Assembly: GCA_951406725.2 (NCBI GenBank)
Contig: OX597820.1
Coordinates: 106,144,001 to 106,208,000 of the forward strand
DNA length: 64,000 nt
Direction of reading: 5' to 3'
Source: Octopus vulgaris
Lineage: Eukaryota
Part shown: one piece after another, positions 26,352-37,912 of the stretch
Layout: each line of letters starts with the position of its first letter
Numbering within the stretch: position 1 is the first letter of the stretch
Notes under the pieces: model-generated
What the model was told of the DNA's origin: nothing
Databases searched by the model: none
The model's input: the letters and a program-made list of their open reading frames with translations, nothing else
Translations under genes and position numbers: made by a program

Positions 26352-26779
26352 AAGTCACATTACTTTTCAGTTCTGCCAAATTCAGATTTAGAGGATAAGT
26401 GTGGTAATGAGATGTGGTGGCATACATGTATTTCTGTTTATGTGCCTATTGTTAATGTACATAAATGCATGTGTTCATATATGTAAAAATATGTATGTGT
26501 GTGTGTGTATGTGTGAAAGAGGAAGACAGAGATAGAGTTAGAAAGACAGACCATGACAGAGAGACAGAGAGAGTGAGTCTGTGTTTGTGTTTGTTTCATT
26601 TGACATGTAAGAGCAGATATCTTGTGTAGCAATGTTTCTTGAACTCTTTCTGTATTCTTCTTCCTGATTCCTTTTGATTTCTACTGACACCACCCAACCA
26701 CCACAACCACCAATTTAAAGATTAAATCACCTTTAAAGGAAACCAAATCTCGTAAATATAACATAAATAGCACTTCCAC

Positions 26780-27200
26780 TCATCATCATCATCATCATCC
26801 TTTAACGTCCACTCTCCATGCTGGCATGGGTTGGATGGTTTGGAGCTGGCCAACCGGGGAGCTGTCCAGACTCCAGTTGTCTGTTGTGGCATGGTTTCTA
26901 TGGCTTAGCAGAGTGTGTCGGGTGCTTTTATGTGGCATCAGCATGGGTGCATTTATGCAGCACCAGTGCAGGTGCATTAATGCAGCACTGGCACAAGCTC
27001 TTTTTAAGTGGCACCAACACCTGAAAGGACAAGCCTGTATGTGTGCAAGACTGTGATTTTACTGAGCTAGACATGTCTTATCAAGGACAGCAAGTCGCCA
27101 CATGTCCCGGTCCCTTGCCATTTCCTCAGTGACACCCAGCATCTGAAGATTCTTTCTCACCACTTTGCCTCACATCTTCTTGGGTCTACCCCTTCCACAG
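26780..27200 (-). mobile_element. RTE LINE 3' end
   Basis: (ATC)n tail, TTTAACGTCCACTCTCCATGCTGGCATGGGTTGG, and GRGRPKKM on the minus strand. Confidence 0.8.
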
Positions 27201-27209
27201 TTCCACAGG

Positions 27210-27880
27210 TACCTTTCAGTGGATCTAAAATGTGAGTAACCCTGTAGCTCCTAGCAATAAAAAAACCTCTTCTACTCTGGCCCCTTTTCCCATACTTTAA
27301 CTGTCTTTCTGATCACAGCCTTCAACAAGTGTAGACGGCTTCCTATCCCTTTCTTAAGCCGTTGTTCTCACACGTTCAAAATAATTTTTCCTTTGCTCGG
27401 CTTAACAGCCCTCAACGTTTGTATTACTGTTATTCTACTTGTCCTGTCGTTTACTGTTTTTATTTGTATTTTTACTGTCTTGTATTGTTTTTACTGTCCT
27501 GTTTTTGTTACCACTTTTACCCCTCCGCAAAAACTCAAATTTTATTTAATTTGCTTTGCGGGAAGGACTGTTTCACCAAAGTTGTGTCTTGCCTTTACCT
27601 TCGAAACATGGAGTAGATGAAACAGAGACGGCTGAAGAAGGGCAATTTCCCTTGTGTTGTATGGCTTTTACTCTGTTTTCTCGTTGTTTGAAAAAATGTC
27701 CGTTTCCATGGTTCTGTTTTTATGTTTTCGCTTCTCATTGTGTCCGACGTTTTTTTGGTGTCCTGTACCCATATATGCATGTATATATACATATAGATGT
27801 AGGTACGTACATATATGTATGTATATATGCATATGTTTTATTTATTATTTTGTTATTATATATATATATATATATATGTG
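27210..27880 (+). repeat. Unclassified interspersed repeat ending GTCCTGTACCCATATATGCATG + (TA)n
   Basis: The same terminus occurs at ~57695-57720 and ~58375-58400. Confidence 0.55.
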
Positions 27881-28256
27881 GATGGATGGATATTTATGTG
27901 TGCATGTGTGTGTGTGTGTTTGTACTCCTGCTTTCACTTGACAACCGATGCTGGTGTGTCCCTGTAATGGTGTGTCCCTGTAATTTAGTGGTTTAAGCTG
28001 CAGTCAAATAAGTGAAACAAGTAAAAGGGTAATAAATGAATGTAAGTTGGTCCACCTATTTGGTATTAACACCTAATATTAGTGGGTACATAAGCAGTGT
28101 ATTCATGAATAGTTAAAGAGAGCACACAGTTGCTGATGATGATTCCAACAAGTATCAAAACATACCAAAAGTTATTCTTTCCTTTTAAGTACACAAGCAT
28201 ATTTTATAGGCATGCAATAATTACATTCAGTATAACATACAGTGTGGTCTATCAAG

Positions 28257-28288
<32 letters not shown>

Positions 28289-28295
28289 TATATAA

Positions 28296-28696
28296 TATAG
28301 GATAAAATTTTTCGAAAAAAATTTTATCGATGGCCAGCATATTAAAAAATACCTTCAAAGGTTAAATATATAAACAATATATAAACAACGGCAAAAGAAA
28401 AAATTTTAATGCCAAATATGCCGAAAAAGGACAAATTGTCAATAACCATATAATTTATCAGGGTATGAGTAAGTATTTCATTTATGTCTTACGTATTTAT
28501 CGCTGATGAGGAGAAAATTCTTATGAATTAACTCTGAAATCGGCACCGATACGGTAATAACGGAATTTTTTAGAAGTTTCTGTTGGTTTACTTCATGACA
28601 CGTATTTATAGTGAGAAATTATATGGTTATTGACAATTTGTCCTTTTTCGGCATATTTGGCATTAGAAGTTTTTCTTTTGCCGTTGTTTATAAATT

Positions 28697-28706
<10 letters not shown>
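28296..28706 (+). mobile_element. (TA)n-bounded non-coding element: ~91-bp inverted repeats enclosing a hammerhead ribozyme (Penelope-like)
   Basis: Arms 28366-28456 and 28616-28706 differ at about 3 positions. Palindrome GATAAAATTTTTCGAAAAAAATTTTATC at 28301-28328. Confidence 0.75.
28497..28557 (+). ncRNA. Type I hammerhead ribozyme, intact core
   Basis: TTATCG-CTGATGA-GGAG..AATTC TTAT GAATT..CTCT-GAAA-TCGG CA CCGA-TA|CGGTAA. All three stems pair. Predicted cut after 28551 (AUA). Confidence 0.85.
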
Positions 28707-28738
<32 letters not shown>

Positions 28739-28837
28739 TATGCTATATATATATATATATTCATTCATTTAGAGATAGTAGGCCCCTTCATCTCACCATA
28801 TAAAAAAGAATTTTTATTTTAAATACACATGCTTCAT

Positions 28838-28916
28838 GAGGTACGTTTCCCGGTTCCTAAACCACTCCGTGTTTTGCTGGAATCATTCTTAAAATATAAC
28901 ACCAGTCATCAGGCTC
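28838..28916 (-). ncRNA. Type I hammerhead ribozyme with minimal palindromic stem III
   Basis: Minus strand GAGC-CTGATGA-CTGGT..ACCGG-GAAA-CG-TA|CCTC. Stem I has a C.C mismatch at the first pair. Confidence 0.65.
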
Positions 28917-29067
28917 CTATATCACTTTCTCACAATTCAATACTATAAACTATACTTTAATTTTTTTTTTTTTAAACCCACAAGTATGTGTAAAATAGGT
29001 TCGCCGGACCCTACAGTACAAGCCATAATTTAATTTATATTTAATTTAATTTATATATATATATATC

Positions 29068-30860
29068 TCAGGTGATGAAAGTTACAGAGAGAGTCATAGC
29101 CCAACTAATTAGGGAGAGAGTTAGTCCAGATGAGATTCAGTTTGGTTTTGTGTCAGGTAGAAGCACCACTGATGCTATATTTCTGGTAAGGCAGCAACAG
29201 GAGAAATACATAGCCAAAGATAAATCTTTGTACTTGGCTTTTGTTGACTTGGAGAAAGCCTTTGACAGGGTCGCCCGATCCCTTATGTGGTGGTCAATGC
29301 AGAAATTGGGGGTAGATGAGTGACAAGTAAAAACTGTAAAAGCCCTGTACAGCGATGCTGTCAGTAAGGTGAGGGTTGGCAACAAGTATAGTGAAGAATT
29401 CCGAGCAGAAGTAGGGATTCACCAAGGATCAGTCCTCAGCCTCCTCTTATTCATTATAGTCCTCCGGGCAATAGCAGAGGAATTCAAGACAGGCTGTCCC
29501 TGGGAGCTCCTCTATGCTGATGACCTTTCACTAATTGCTGAGCCACAGCCAGAACTAGAGACGAAGTTTAGGGTGTGGAGCAAGGTCTAGAATCGAAGGA
29601 CCTTAGGGTTAACCTAGCAAAAACTAAAGTCTTACTAAGTAGAAAGGCTGTCAAATCACAATCCCCTTCAGGTAGATGGCCCTGCTCAATCTGTAGAAAA
29701 GGTGTGGGTAGAAACTCCATACGATGTACCCGGTGTAAGCTATAGACTCATAAAAGGTGCAGCAATATCAAAGGAAGGTTAACCAGGAAATTAGTTTTTG
29801 TGTGTGGCAGATGCTCGGGAGCAATAAACACTGAAAATGTGCAGAGAACAACTTCTGCCACATTCCAGGGAGAAACACTAGAAGTAGTTGATAGCTTCCG
29901 TTACCTAGGTGACCAAGTCTGTAGGCGGTGTTGATGCTCTGATAGCATGGCTGCTAGAATAAGAATAGCCTTGGCAAAGTTCATGAAGCTCCTACCTCTG
30001 CTGGCAACTAAAGGCCTCTCGTTCAGAGTGAAAGGTAGACTGTATAATGCATGTGTGTGAACTACCATGCTACACGGCAGAGAAACATGGGCCATGAATG
30101 CTGAGGACATGCATAGGCTTGAAAGAAATGAAGCTAGCATGATCCGCTGGATATGTAATGTCAGTGTGCGTACACAACAGAGTGTAAGTGTCCTGAGAGA
30201 AATGTTGGGCATAAGAAGCATTAAATGTGGTGTGCAGGAGAGGTGACTGCACTGGTATGGTCATGTGTTATGTATGGATGAAGACAGCTGCATGAGAAAG
30301 TGCCACTCCCTAACTGTGGAAGGAACCTATGGAAGAGGTAGACCAAGGGAGACCTGGGATGAGGTGGTGAAGCATGACCTTCAAACATTGGGCCTCACAG
30401 AGACAATGACAGGAGACCGGGACCTTTGGAAATATGCTGTGATTGAGAAGACCTGGCAACTAAAGTGAGATCACAGCCACACATGTCTGGCCCTGTTAAG
30501 AATACCCCTGATGCATCAAGCAATATAATACACTTGAGAAGACCTGTTGAGTCAAGTAAAACCAATATCATAGCTGTGGCCAGTTCCCCCTGAAAGCACC
30601 ATCCAAACGTGGTCGATGCCAGGTATACCTGGCTAGCTCCCGCGCCAGGCCCATCTGATTGGCTCTTGTGCCGGTGGCACGTAAAAAGTATCCACTAAAC
30701 TCTTGGAGTGGTTGGCTTTAAGGAAGGCATCCAGCTGTAGAAACATTGCCAGAACAGACTGGGAGCTTGGTGCAACCGCTGGCTCTCCAGACCTCAGTCA
30801 AACAGTCCAACCCATGCTAGCTTGTAAAACAGATGTTAAATGATGTTGATGATGATGATC
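29068..30860 (+). mobile_element. RTE LINE, 5'-truncated pseudogene
   Basis: QFGFVSGRSTTDAIF, LEKAFDRV, GIHQGSVLS, LLYADDL, GRGRPRETW, 3' UTR and (GAT)n tail. Confidence 0.95.
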
Positions 30861-31126
30861 GCGATCATGATATGTTCTATAGTACATCACACCAGTGAAA
30901 CACTTCATGTTTGTCTTAATTTAATTCACCTATGTTTATATAAACTATGTAAATAGTTAATCATCATTTAGACATCTACATACAATATGTGTGCATTCAT
31001 GCATGATTGAAATTCTATATGTATATGAAAAAAAAAATCAACAAAATAGTATGTGTATAGTGAGCAAGATGTCACTCCAACAAAAATAAAAATAATTTTA
31101 ACTTGTCAACTTCTGTTACACACACA

Positions 31127-31180
<54 letters not shown>

Positions 31181-31399
31181 TATATCATTCCTTCCTGTTT
31201 ACCATTAATTTGTCATCCAGACTAAAAATATTCTCATTACCAAAATTCAGTTTTTCTACGACAGGCAAGAATATGACAATGGTATATACGTATGTTAATG
31301 CAAATGCCGTCAAAACACAAGTGAAAAATCATCCTGCGCACATGTACTTTACAAACTGTTGAAGTAAAGACATACTATATGCAGAGAATACTTTCTTTT

Positions 31400-31410
31400 T
31401 ATTTTTATTA

Positions 31411-31462
<52 letters not shown>

Positions 31463-31507
31463 CATTATTATTATTATTACTGTTATTACTGTTATTATTA
31501 TTATTAT

Positions 31508-31539
<32 letters not shown>

Positions 31540-31540
31540 T
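31400..31540. repeat. (ATT)n microsatellite
   Basis: Directly visible. Confidence 0.95.
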
Positions 31541-32664
31541 ATTTTGTATTCTTATTTCTTTATGCTTTATTTTGTTCAGTATTTATAGTACCAAAAGAAC
31601 TATATTACATTACTTTGGAATTTCTTCTTGTAGTAGAAAACAAGTTGCTGATGGAAAACTATAAATAGGTTGGATTTTTGGTTTCCATGTTTTTTTTTTT
31701 TCTTTTTCACAAGTTAATCGTTGCTGTTCTGCTGTTTACTCTGTGATGTTTTCAAGCAATGTTGATGGTTTTTCAGTCAAAGAAGTGTAAAAGTTTCAAA
31801 GTGATTATTTTATACGTCAGGAGAATATACAGCAGTGATTCATATTAGTGTCTTAGAACAGAAAATTTCTCACTTAAAACTTGCCTTAAAGAAAGTAGCC
31901 AACTTAATTCAAAATGAACATTTTTGGCATAAATTAAAATTTATCTTTTGATATTTTTATATTCACCAGCACCAGCACCAGCACCAGCACCACCATCATC
32001 ATCATATAATAACCATCTTCCATGCTGGCATGGGAGATGGTTTGACAGGATCCAACACATTGGAGAAATGTGTTGAGCTCCAAAGTATTCTTTGGCATGA
32101 TTTCTGTTGCCAACCCCTTTACAGCATGCATAGGGTGCTTTTTCTTTATGTGACAATGGCATTAGGTGTGGTTACCAGGTAACTTGCAAGATGACAACAA
32201 ACCTCTCTTGACTGAATATAGTTGTAGTAGAGAGGGAGGTGATTTCATTCCAGGTGATAAGAGGTATAAGTATCATAGTGGATGGCAGGCACAGTTGTCC
32301 TGCTATATAGGAAATACATGGTACTCTGCATTATATAATAGTGGTGGGTAGTACCCAGAAAGAGAGATAAAGATGATGAAAACCTAAAAGTTAGCTTTTA
32401 CAGTCTCTATTAAAAAATAAAATTTATTAAAATTTTTAATAAACCAAAAATTTATGCATTGGGGTCAATCTTAAAAATATTAATCTTTAAAGATGAGGAG
32501 ATGCTCATGGAAAATTGCATTATGGCTGATCCTTCCACTTCATGCCAACATATTCTGGCATCTCAGATTGCTTAGTCATCTTGGTACTATACAATATACA
32601 TGCATACATACATACATACATATAAACATACAAACATACATACATACATATAAACATACAAACA

Positions 32665-32698
<34 letters not shown>

Positions 32699-32707
32699 CA
32701 TACATAC

Positions 32708-33043
32708 GGTGGCTGCCCCCTCTTTATCGAGTATGGCCACTGCACGAAGCTTAATCAATGTTGTTACCGTGCAATGCCTGTGCAAGAAGATTTTTTTGAA
32801 AGTGAGGAAAGGCTGTGCACTGAGTCAATCCCACTCACTAAGCAACAGCAGCCATAATCCGAAAAGAAGTACAAGTCAACATCATCGGTAACCACTGAGC
32901 CGCAGGTTTTATGTTGGAGTTATCCCAGTTACCTGAGTTACCTTCTCCTAGAAGGATGCCCCAACAAAGGCTAGGAGTCCTTCACTTCCAATGGTTTAAC
33001 CGCGCGATCGGGTATTTAGTCCAATTATTTCTATGTCCCCGCG
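32708..33043 (-). mobile_element. Short non-autonomous retroelement inserted in (CATA)n, possibly a bipartite RTE derivative
   Basis: Relatively GC-rich island bounded by CATA repeats. Minus-strand CTAGCCTTTGTTGGGGCATCCTTCTAGGAGAAGGTAACTC resembles, from recall, a motif of RTE 5' regions and RTE-linked SINEs. Confidence 0.45.
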
Positions 33044-33119
33044 CATACATACATACATACATACATACATACATACATACATACATACATACATACATAC
33101 ATCATACATACATGTATAT

Positions 33120-33337
33120 TCTTCCTTTATTCTTTTACTTGTTTCAGTCATTAGACTGGGGAACTACCTTGAAGAATTTTTAGTTAAACAACTCAACCCT
33201 AGTACTCATTTTTTTAATGCCTGGTATTTATTCTATCAGTCTCTTTTGCTGAAGTTAGAGAGATACAACAAACCAACACTGGTTGTAAAGTGGTGATGGG
33301 GAACAAACAGAGATACAAAGACACAGACACAGACACA

Positions 33338-33373
<36 letters not shown>

Positions 33374-33470
33374 ATGGGCTTCTTTCAGCTTCCATCTACC
33401 AAATCCACACACAAGGCTTTAGTTAGCTTGAGGCTATAGTGGAAAACATTTGCCCAAGGTGTCATGCAGT
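33120..33470 (-). mobile_element. SINE family B
   Basis: Family tail and core in reverse orientation. Confidence 0.85.
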
Positions 33471-33785
33471 TTATATATTTTATTTTGGTTAAAACTGTGC
33501 ACTTGCAGGGGAAACTCAGAGTAGCAACACATTGACTTGATCAAAATAAAATGCATTGTCAATTCCTACTGTGGTATTGAATACACATTTTTCCAACTTT
33601 AACATTAAACATATACATGTGTGAGTGTGTGTGTGTGTGTGTGTGTTTGTGTGAATGTGAGTGTAAATATATATGCACATGGAATCGTTTATGTGCAATA
33701 GTCTTAGAAATGGAGTGGTGCCAAAACAATTCTTACTAATAATAAAATTGTGCTACATTCATTCTTTGTCTTCTTGTATTACATA

Positions 33786-34070
33786 CTAGCACTATGACCC
33801 AGCAGCGCCAGGTCATAGTGCTAGTACATGCATATACATCTGTGTGCGTGCGCACATACATGCGAGTACTGTCCAAATCTCCGACCAATCACATACAGCT
33901 AGCTGGCATTCAATTGGTGTATCAAGTTTCGGGAATTTTGATTAGGTTTGGGATAGAAAATTCACAAAAAAGTCACTTCTATTGATTTTTTAATGGCTTT
34001 GCGGGGTGACTGGGGAAATGTAAAGATGTGTACGACCACCCTTGGGATGGCTTTGAATAACCATAGAATT
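33786..34070 (-). mobile_element. Helitron-like 3' end with a long terminal hairpin
   Basis: Perfect 16-bp inverted repeat TACTAGCACTATGACC / GGTCATAGTGCTAGTA (33784-33826), ending CTAG|T on the minus strand. Confidence 0.5.
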
Positions 34071-34545
34071 TACTACTCCTTCAGGATCTACACTATGACT
34101 GATCATTCTATTTTCTCATTCTTCCTTCAAACTAAATATGAAGAGCCATGCTGATCGTCTACAAAAAGCTATGCTGACTACACCCTCACAGTTTAACCCC
34201 CTTGTAACTTAATATTAATTTGAAACTGCCACCTCCTCCCAGGTTCATATACCTATGAGAAGCATGGTGACCTCAATAGTGTAGGTGGCACATGCTGTAA
34301 AGTGATTGGTGTTAGGAAGAGCATCTGGCCATAGAAACTGTGCCAAAGCATGGACTCATCAAATCTTGTCAAATTGTCCAGCCTGTGCCAACATGGAACA
34401 GGAACATTAAATAATGATGATGATGATGATGATGATGATGTTGTATATCTGTTTCCTCATATGCATCACTCAGTACTTTTGTACACAATACACATTTATG
34501 TGCCTTCACTCTACTGCTTCTGTAATAGCTTGAAGCCTGTGTCTA

Positions 34546-34594
<49 letters not shown>

Positions 34595-34704
34595 GCTACT
34601 ACTGCTGCTGCTGTGGCTCCACCACCACCACTACAACTATATATTAAATACACATCATTTATACTTACATGTTTGTGTACGTATACACACACACACACAC
34701 ACAC

Positions 34705-35058
34705 AAATAACAAAAGACGGATCATGGTTCACTATTGTTGTTTCAGATGTGTTTTTTTTCTTTTCTGATGAATAGAAGTATTGCCTCATGTGAAAAAATC
34801 GTTTTCATCAGGTGTATACATGTAAGAATTAAATATTTTGAACATCTCAACACCAAAGCAATATCGACCATGGATTTTTGATCGGCAGAGTTGAAAATAG
34901 TACTTTTGCTTTGGAATTGCAATGTTCCAAATGCGTAATTCTTACATGTATTCACCTGATGAAAATGGTTTTAACACATGATGTAATAGTTCTATTCATC
35001 AATAAAAGACAAGTCTTAGAAAAGCTGTTGTGAACCACAATCGATCTGTTGTTATTTG
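34705..35058. repeat. Foldback or MITE-like element with long imperfect inverted arms
   Basis: For example TGATGAATAGAA..TTTTCATCAGGTGTATACATGTAAGAATTA versus TAATTCTTACATGTATTCACCTGATGAAAA..TTCTATTCATCA. Confidence 0.75.
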
Positions 35059-35331
35059 TTTATCTTTCACTTTACTTGGAACCTGCAATTCACATGGATC
35101 TGGAGTCGATTGCAGGCAGTACAATTGGTGCAGTGTTTGTACTCCTGTGCAACCTTGACACTCGTTGCATATTTAGTCAACCATTTGTGATTGTACATAC
35201 AACCAGAGTATAGATCTGTGTTCACTTGAGTAAGTACATATTTGTTCTTCAAATATTGTTTGTATACAATAGCAATTTCACTGACTCCAACTTTAAAGAC
35301 TTGGTTCACTTGAATGTATGTGTGTGTGTGC

Positions 35332-35332
<1 letters not shown>

Positions 35333-35401
<69 letters not shown>

Positions 35402-35452
35402 GGATAGATAGACAGTTGTAAGCATAAATGATGCATGTTTATATTTATATGT

Positions 35453-35518
<66 letters not shown>
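35333..35518. repeat. (GATA)n and (TAG)n microsatellites
   Basis: Directly visible. Confidence 0.95.
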
Positions 35519-35519
<1 letters not shown>

Positions 35520-36696
35520 GACATAGATTCAAGCATATGAACATACATACATACATTTGCATTCATACCAGTAACCATTGCTACATTGAGTTATGTTAGT
35601 AAATGTCTAAGCAACATTCTGGAGGAGCAAAGAGTTTCTTCAAGGGAAGAGAGAGACCATCTAAAATGAATTTTACAGATACAATCAGTAAGTGGTACAG
35701 TAAAAATATGAAAGACTTTCCTAAAGTTTCATATATCCAAACTCCTATGATGCAGCATTTTTTTGTCATTGTTAAAAACCAACTTCTTCCTTCCAGAAAG
35801 AATATTAATAAATAAAAAGAAGAAAAGACATACATATGTAGGTACACACACACAAACACACACACAAAAAAAAACATGAGACTGTATAGAGACTATTTCC
35901 CTAAATATATAGGTACACAGGTACTAGAAACTACTCCAGACACACCTTCACAGCAGCTTACTCTACGTTAGCAGAAGTCAACTTTGAAGTCAGAGCTGTT
36001 CACCACATTGCTAAGCCTATCAAAATCCATGCCTGGCTCTTCTATGTTTCTGAAACAATCCCACAGTTGCTGACTTCCTAAGCTGTCAACAGATTTTCTT
36101 CTGAATTGTCTCTGAACATAAATAAGTAAAGCATCAAAGAACAAACTGGATTTAACTGGCTGGAACCAGTAAAAGAATAAAAAGAATCATACATCAACCC
36201 ACACACATATCTACATAACTATTTTTAAGCAAGTGTTTCTTAGCTTGGATGATGGTGGTGGAGAGATATTATTAGTGTAACACCATCTTATATTGTTCAA
36301 CTAAAGTTCAGAAACAACATTTTGTCTTGTTTGTTTTACAGCTGTGTTTCCTGTGTTAGCGCAGGTTACAGGAATATGTTTTTGAGGCATTTTTTTTACA
36401 GCCAGTTGCTCTTCCTGGCACTAATTCATATTCTGTTTTTCAAGTAAGGGTTCATTTATTCTACACAGCTTTTAAGATATTGAGAGATCAGAAAATTTAT
36501 TGATAGGGAAAAACCAATAAGAACACAATGCCACTTGGACATCGTGATTTTCATATTTGTGAGCATAGATGAAAACAAACACATGGACATGTATGGGCAC
36601 ACACATAACATATATAAGCATGCATATACATATGCAAACAATATGTGTGTGTACATACACACACATGCAGGTGCATACACACAAATATATATATTC

Positions 36697-36922
36697 TGCG
36701 AGCTGGCAGAAACGTTAGCATGCCGGGTGAAATGCTTAGCAGTATTTCGTCTGCTGTTATGTTCTGAGTTCAAATTCTGCCGAGGTCGACTTTGCCTTTC
36801 ATCCTTTCAGGGTCGATAAATTAAGTACCAGTTTCGCACTGAGGTCGATGTAATCGACTTAATCCGTTTGTCTGTCCTTGTTTGTCCCCTCTATGTTTAG
36901 CCCCTTGTGGGCAGTAAAGAAA
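36697..36922 (+). mobile_element. SINE family A, CpG-rich (young) copy
   Basis: GCGAGCTGGCAGAAACGTTAGC..GAGTTCAAATTCTGCCGAGGTCGACTTTGCCTTTCATCCTTTC. Confidence 0.92.
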
Positions 36923-37087
36923 TATATATATATATACAAAATTAGAAAATGGAGAAATATATCTAAATCAATCATCAACCATCTGATAATACCCAATCAA
37001 TACTTTATTAAACCATTACACAATAGCAATGATATTATACATTAATATAGTACAAATATAACAAGACATAGAAATAGAAATAGAAAT

Positions 37088-37224
37088 ACTTTACATTGTA
37101 GCTGACAGCTGTTTTGGCCGTGAAGACAGGTATGTCCCATTTAACCTATTAGCCATATAAAGCAGGTATAAATGAGACATTAACAAGAATATCTCACGGC
37201 CTCTTCAGAGAATTTAATGCAAGT
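37088..37224 (-). ncRNA. Type I hammerhead ribozyme with 86-nt stem II and one core mutation
   Basis: Minus strand CT-CTGAAGA-GGCCGTGA..TCACGGCC-AAAA (GAAA expected)-CAGCTG-TC|AG. Distal stem I TGCATT/AATGTA. Internal 12-bp helix ATGTCTCATTTA/TAAATGGGACAT. Confidence 0.75.
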
Positions 37225-37536
37225 GTGAAAAAAATTTACATATAAATATAAATATGTGTGCATACACACTCATATTCTTACATCTATATATATATATACA
37301 CAATAATACAATATAAACAATATAGATCAATATACATCAACAAACACAATAATGTTCCATATTGAACTCCACAGTTCCATAACCAACATCAAGGAACCAC
37401 AACATGTACACTCACACTCAAAGCAGGCATATATATTGAACAGTCCAATACATTAAAATGTGTCATTACACAAAAAGTCAATAAAATTAATATTAATATT
37501 AATATTAATATATATATATATATAATATTAATATTA

Positions 37537-37567
<31 letters not shown>

Positions 37568-37782
37568 AAAAGAGAGAGAGAGCAATAAGAAAATGGAAGG
37601 GATCAATAGGTGGTACTCATCAACTTTTAGACATTATATTATGTCAATTTATTTATTTACTAAAAGGACAATTATGACAATATACATACATGTATAACAC
37701 ATATTTTACATATATTATATATAAAATATAAAAATATTAGTAATTATTAAAATATATATCATATAGCAATAGAAATTGGGAT

Positions 37783-37912
37783 AATATCTTACAGCTGTTT
37801 CAGCCAAGAAGCAAAAATGCCTCATTCTACTTTTATCCTTTCAGTAGACTGAAGTAATTAGTAGATGAAATTGAGGTACTTGGGTGTTTCTCTAGGCTTC
37901 GTCAGAGATTTT
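37783..37912 (-). ncRNA. Type I hammerhead ribozyme with 97-nt stem II, intact core
   Basis: Minus strand ATCT-CTGACGA-AGCC..GGCT-GAAA-CAGCTG-TA|AGAT. Nested helices CCTCA/TGAGG, TCTACT/AGTAGA, TTCAG/CTGAA. Predicted cut between 37790 and 37789. Confidence 0.85.

Noticed and set aside
34764-34965. CTGATGA copies in the foldback element
   Set aside because: There is no properly placed stem II plus GAAA and NUH. They are parts of the inverted arms.
35067-35333. Cys-containing 88-aa ORF as a possible host exon
   Set aside because: It starts in a (CA)n repeat, has no recognisable domain on either strand in the frames I read, and has no convincing splice-site pair.
36697-36790. tRNA gene
   Set aside because: The A/B-box-like sequence belongs to a SINE head and does not form a complete cloverleaf.
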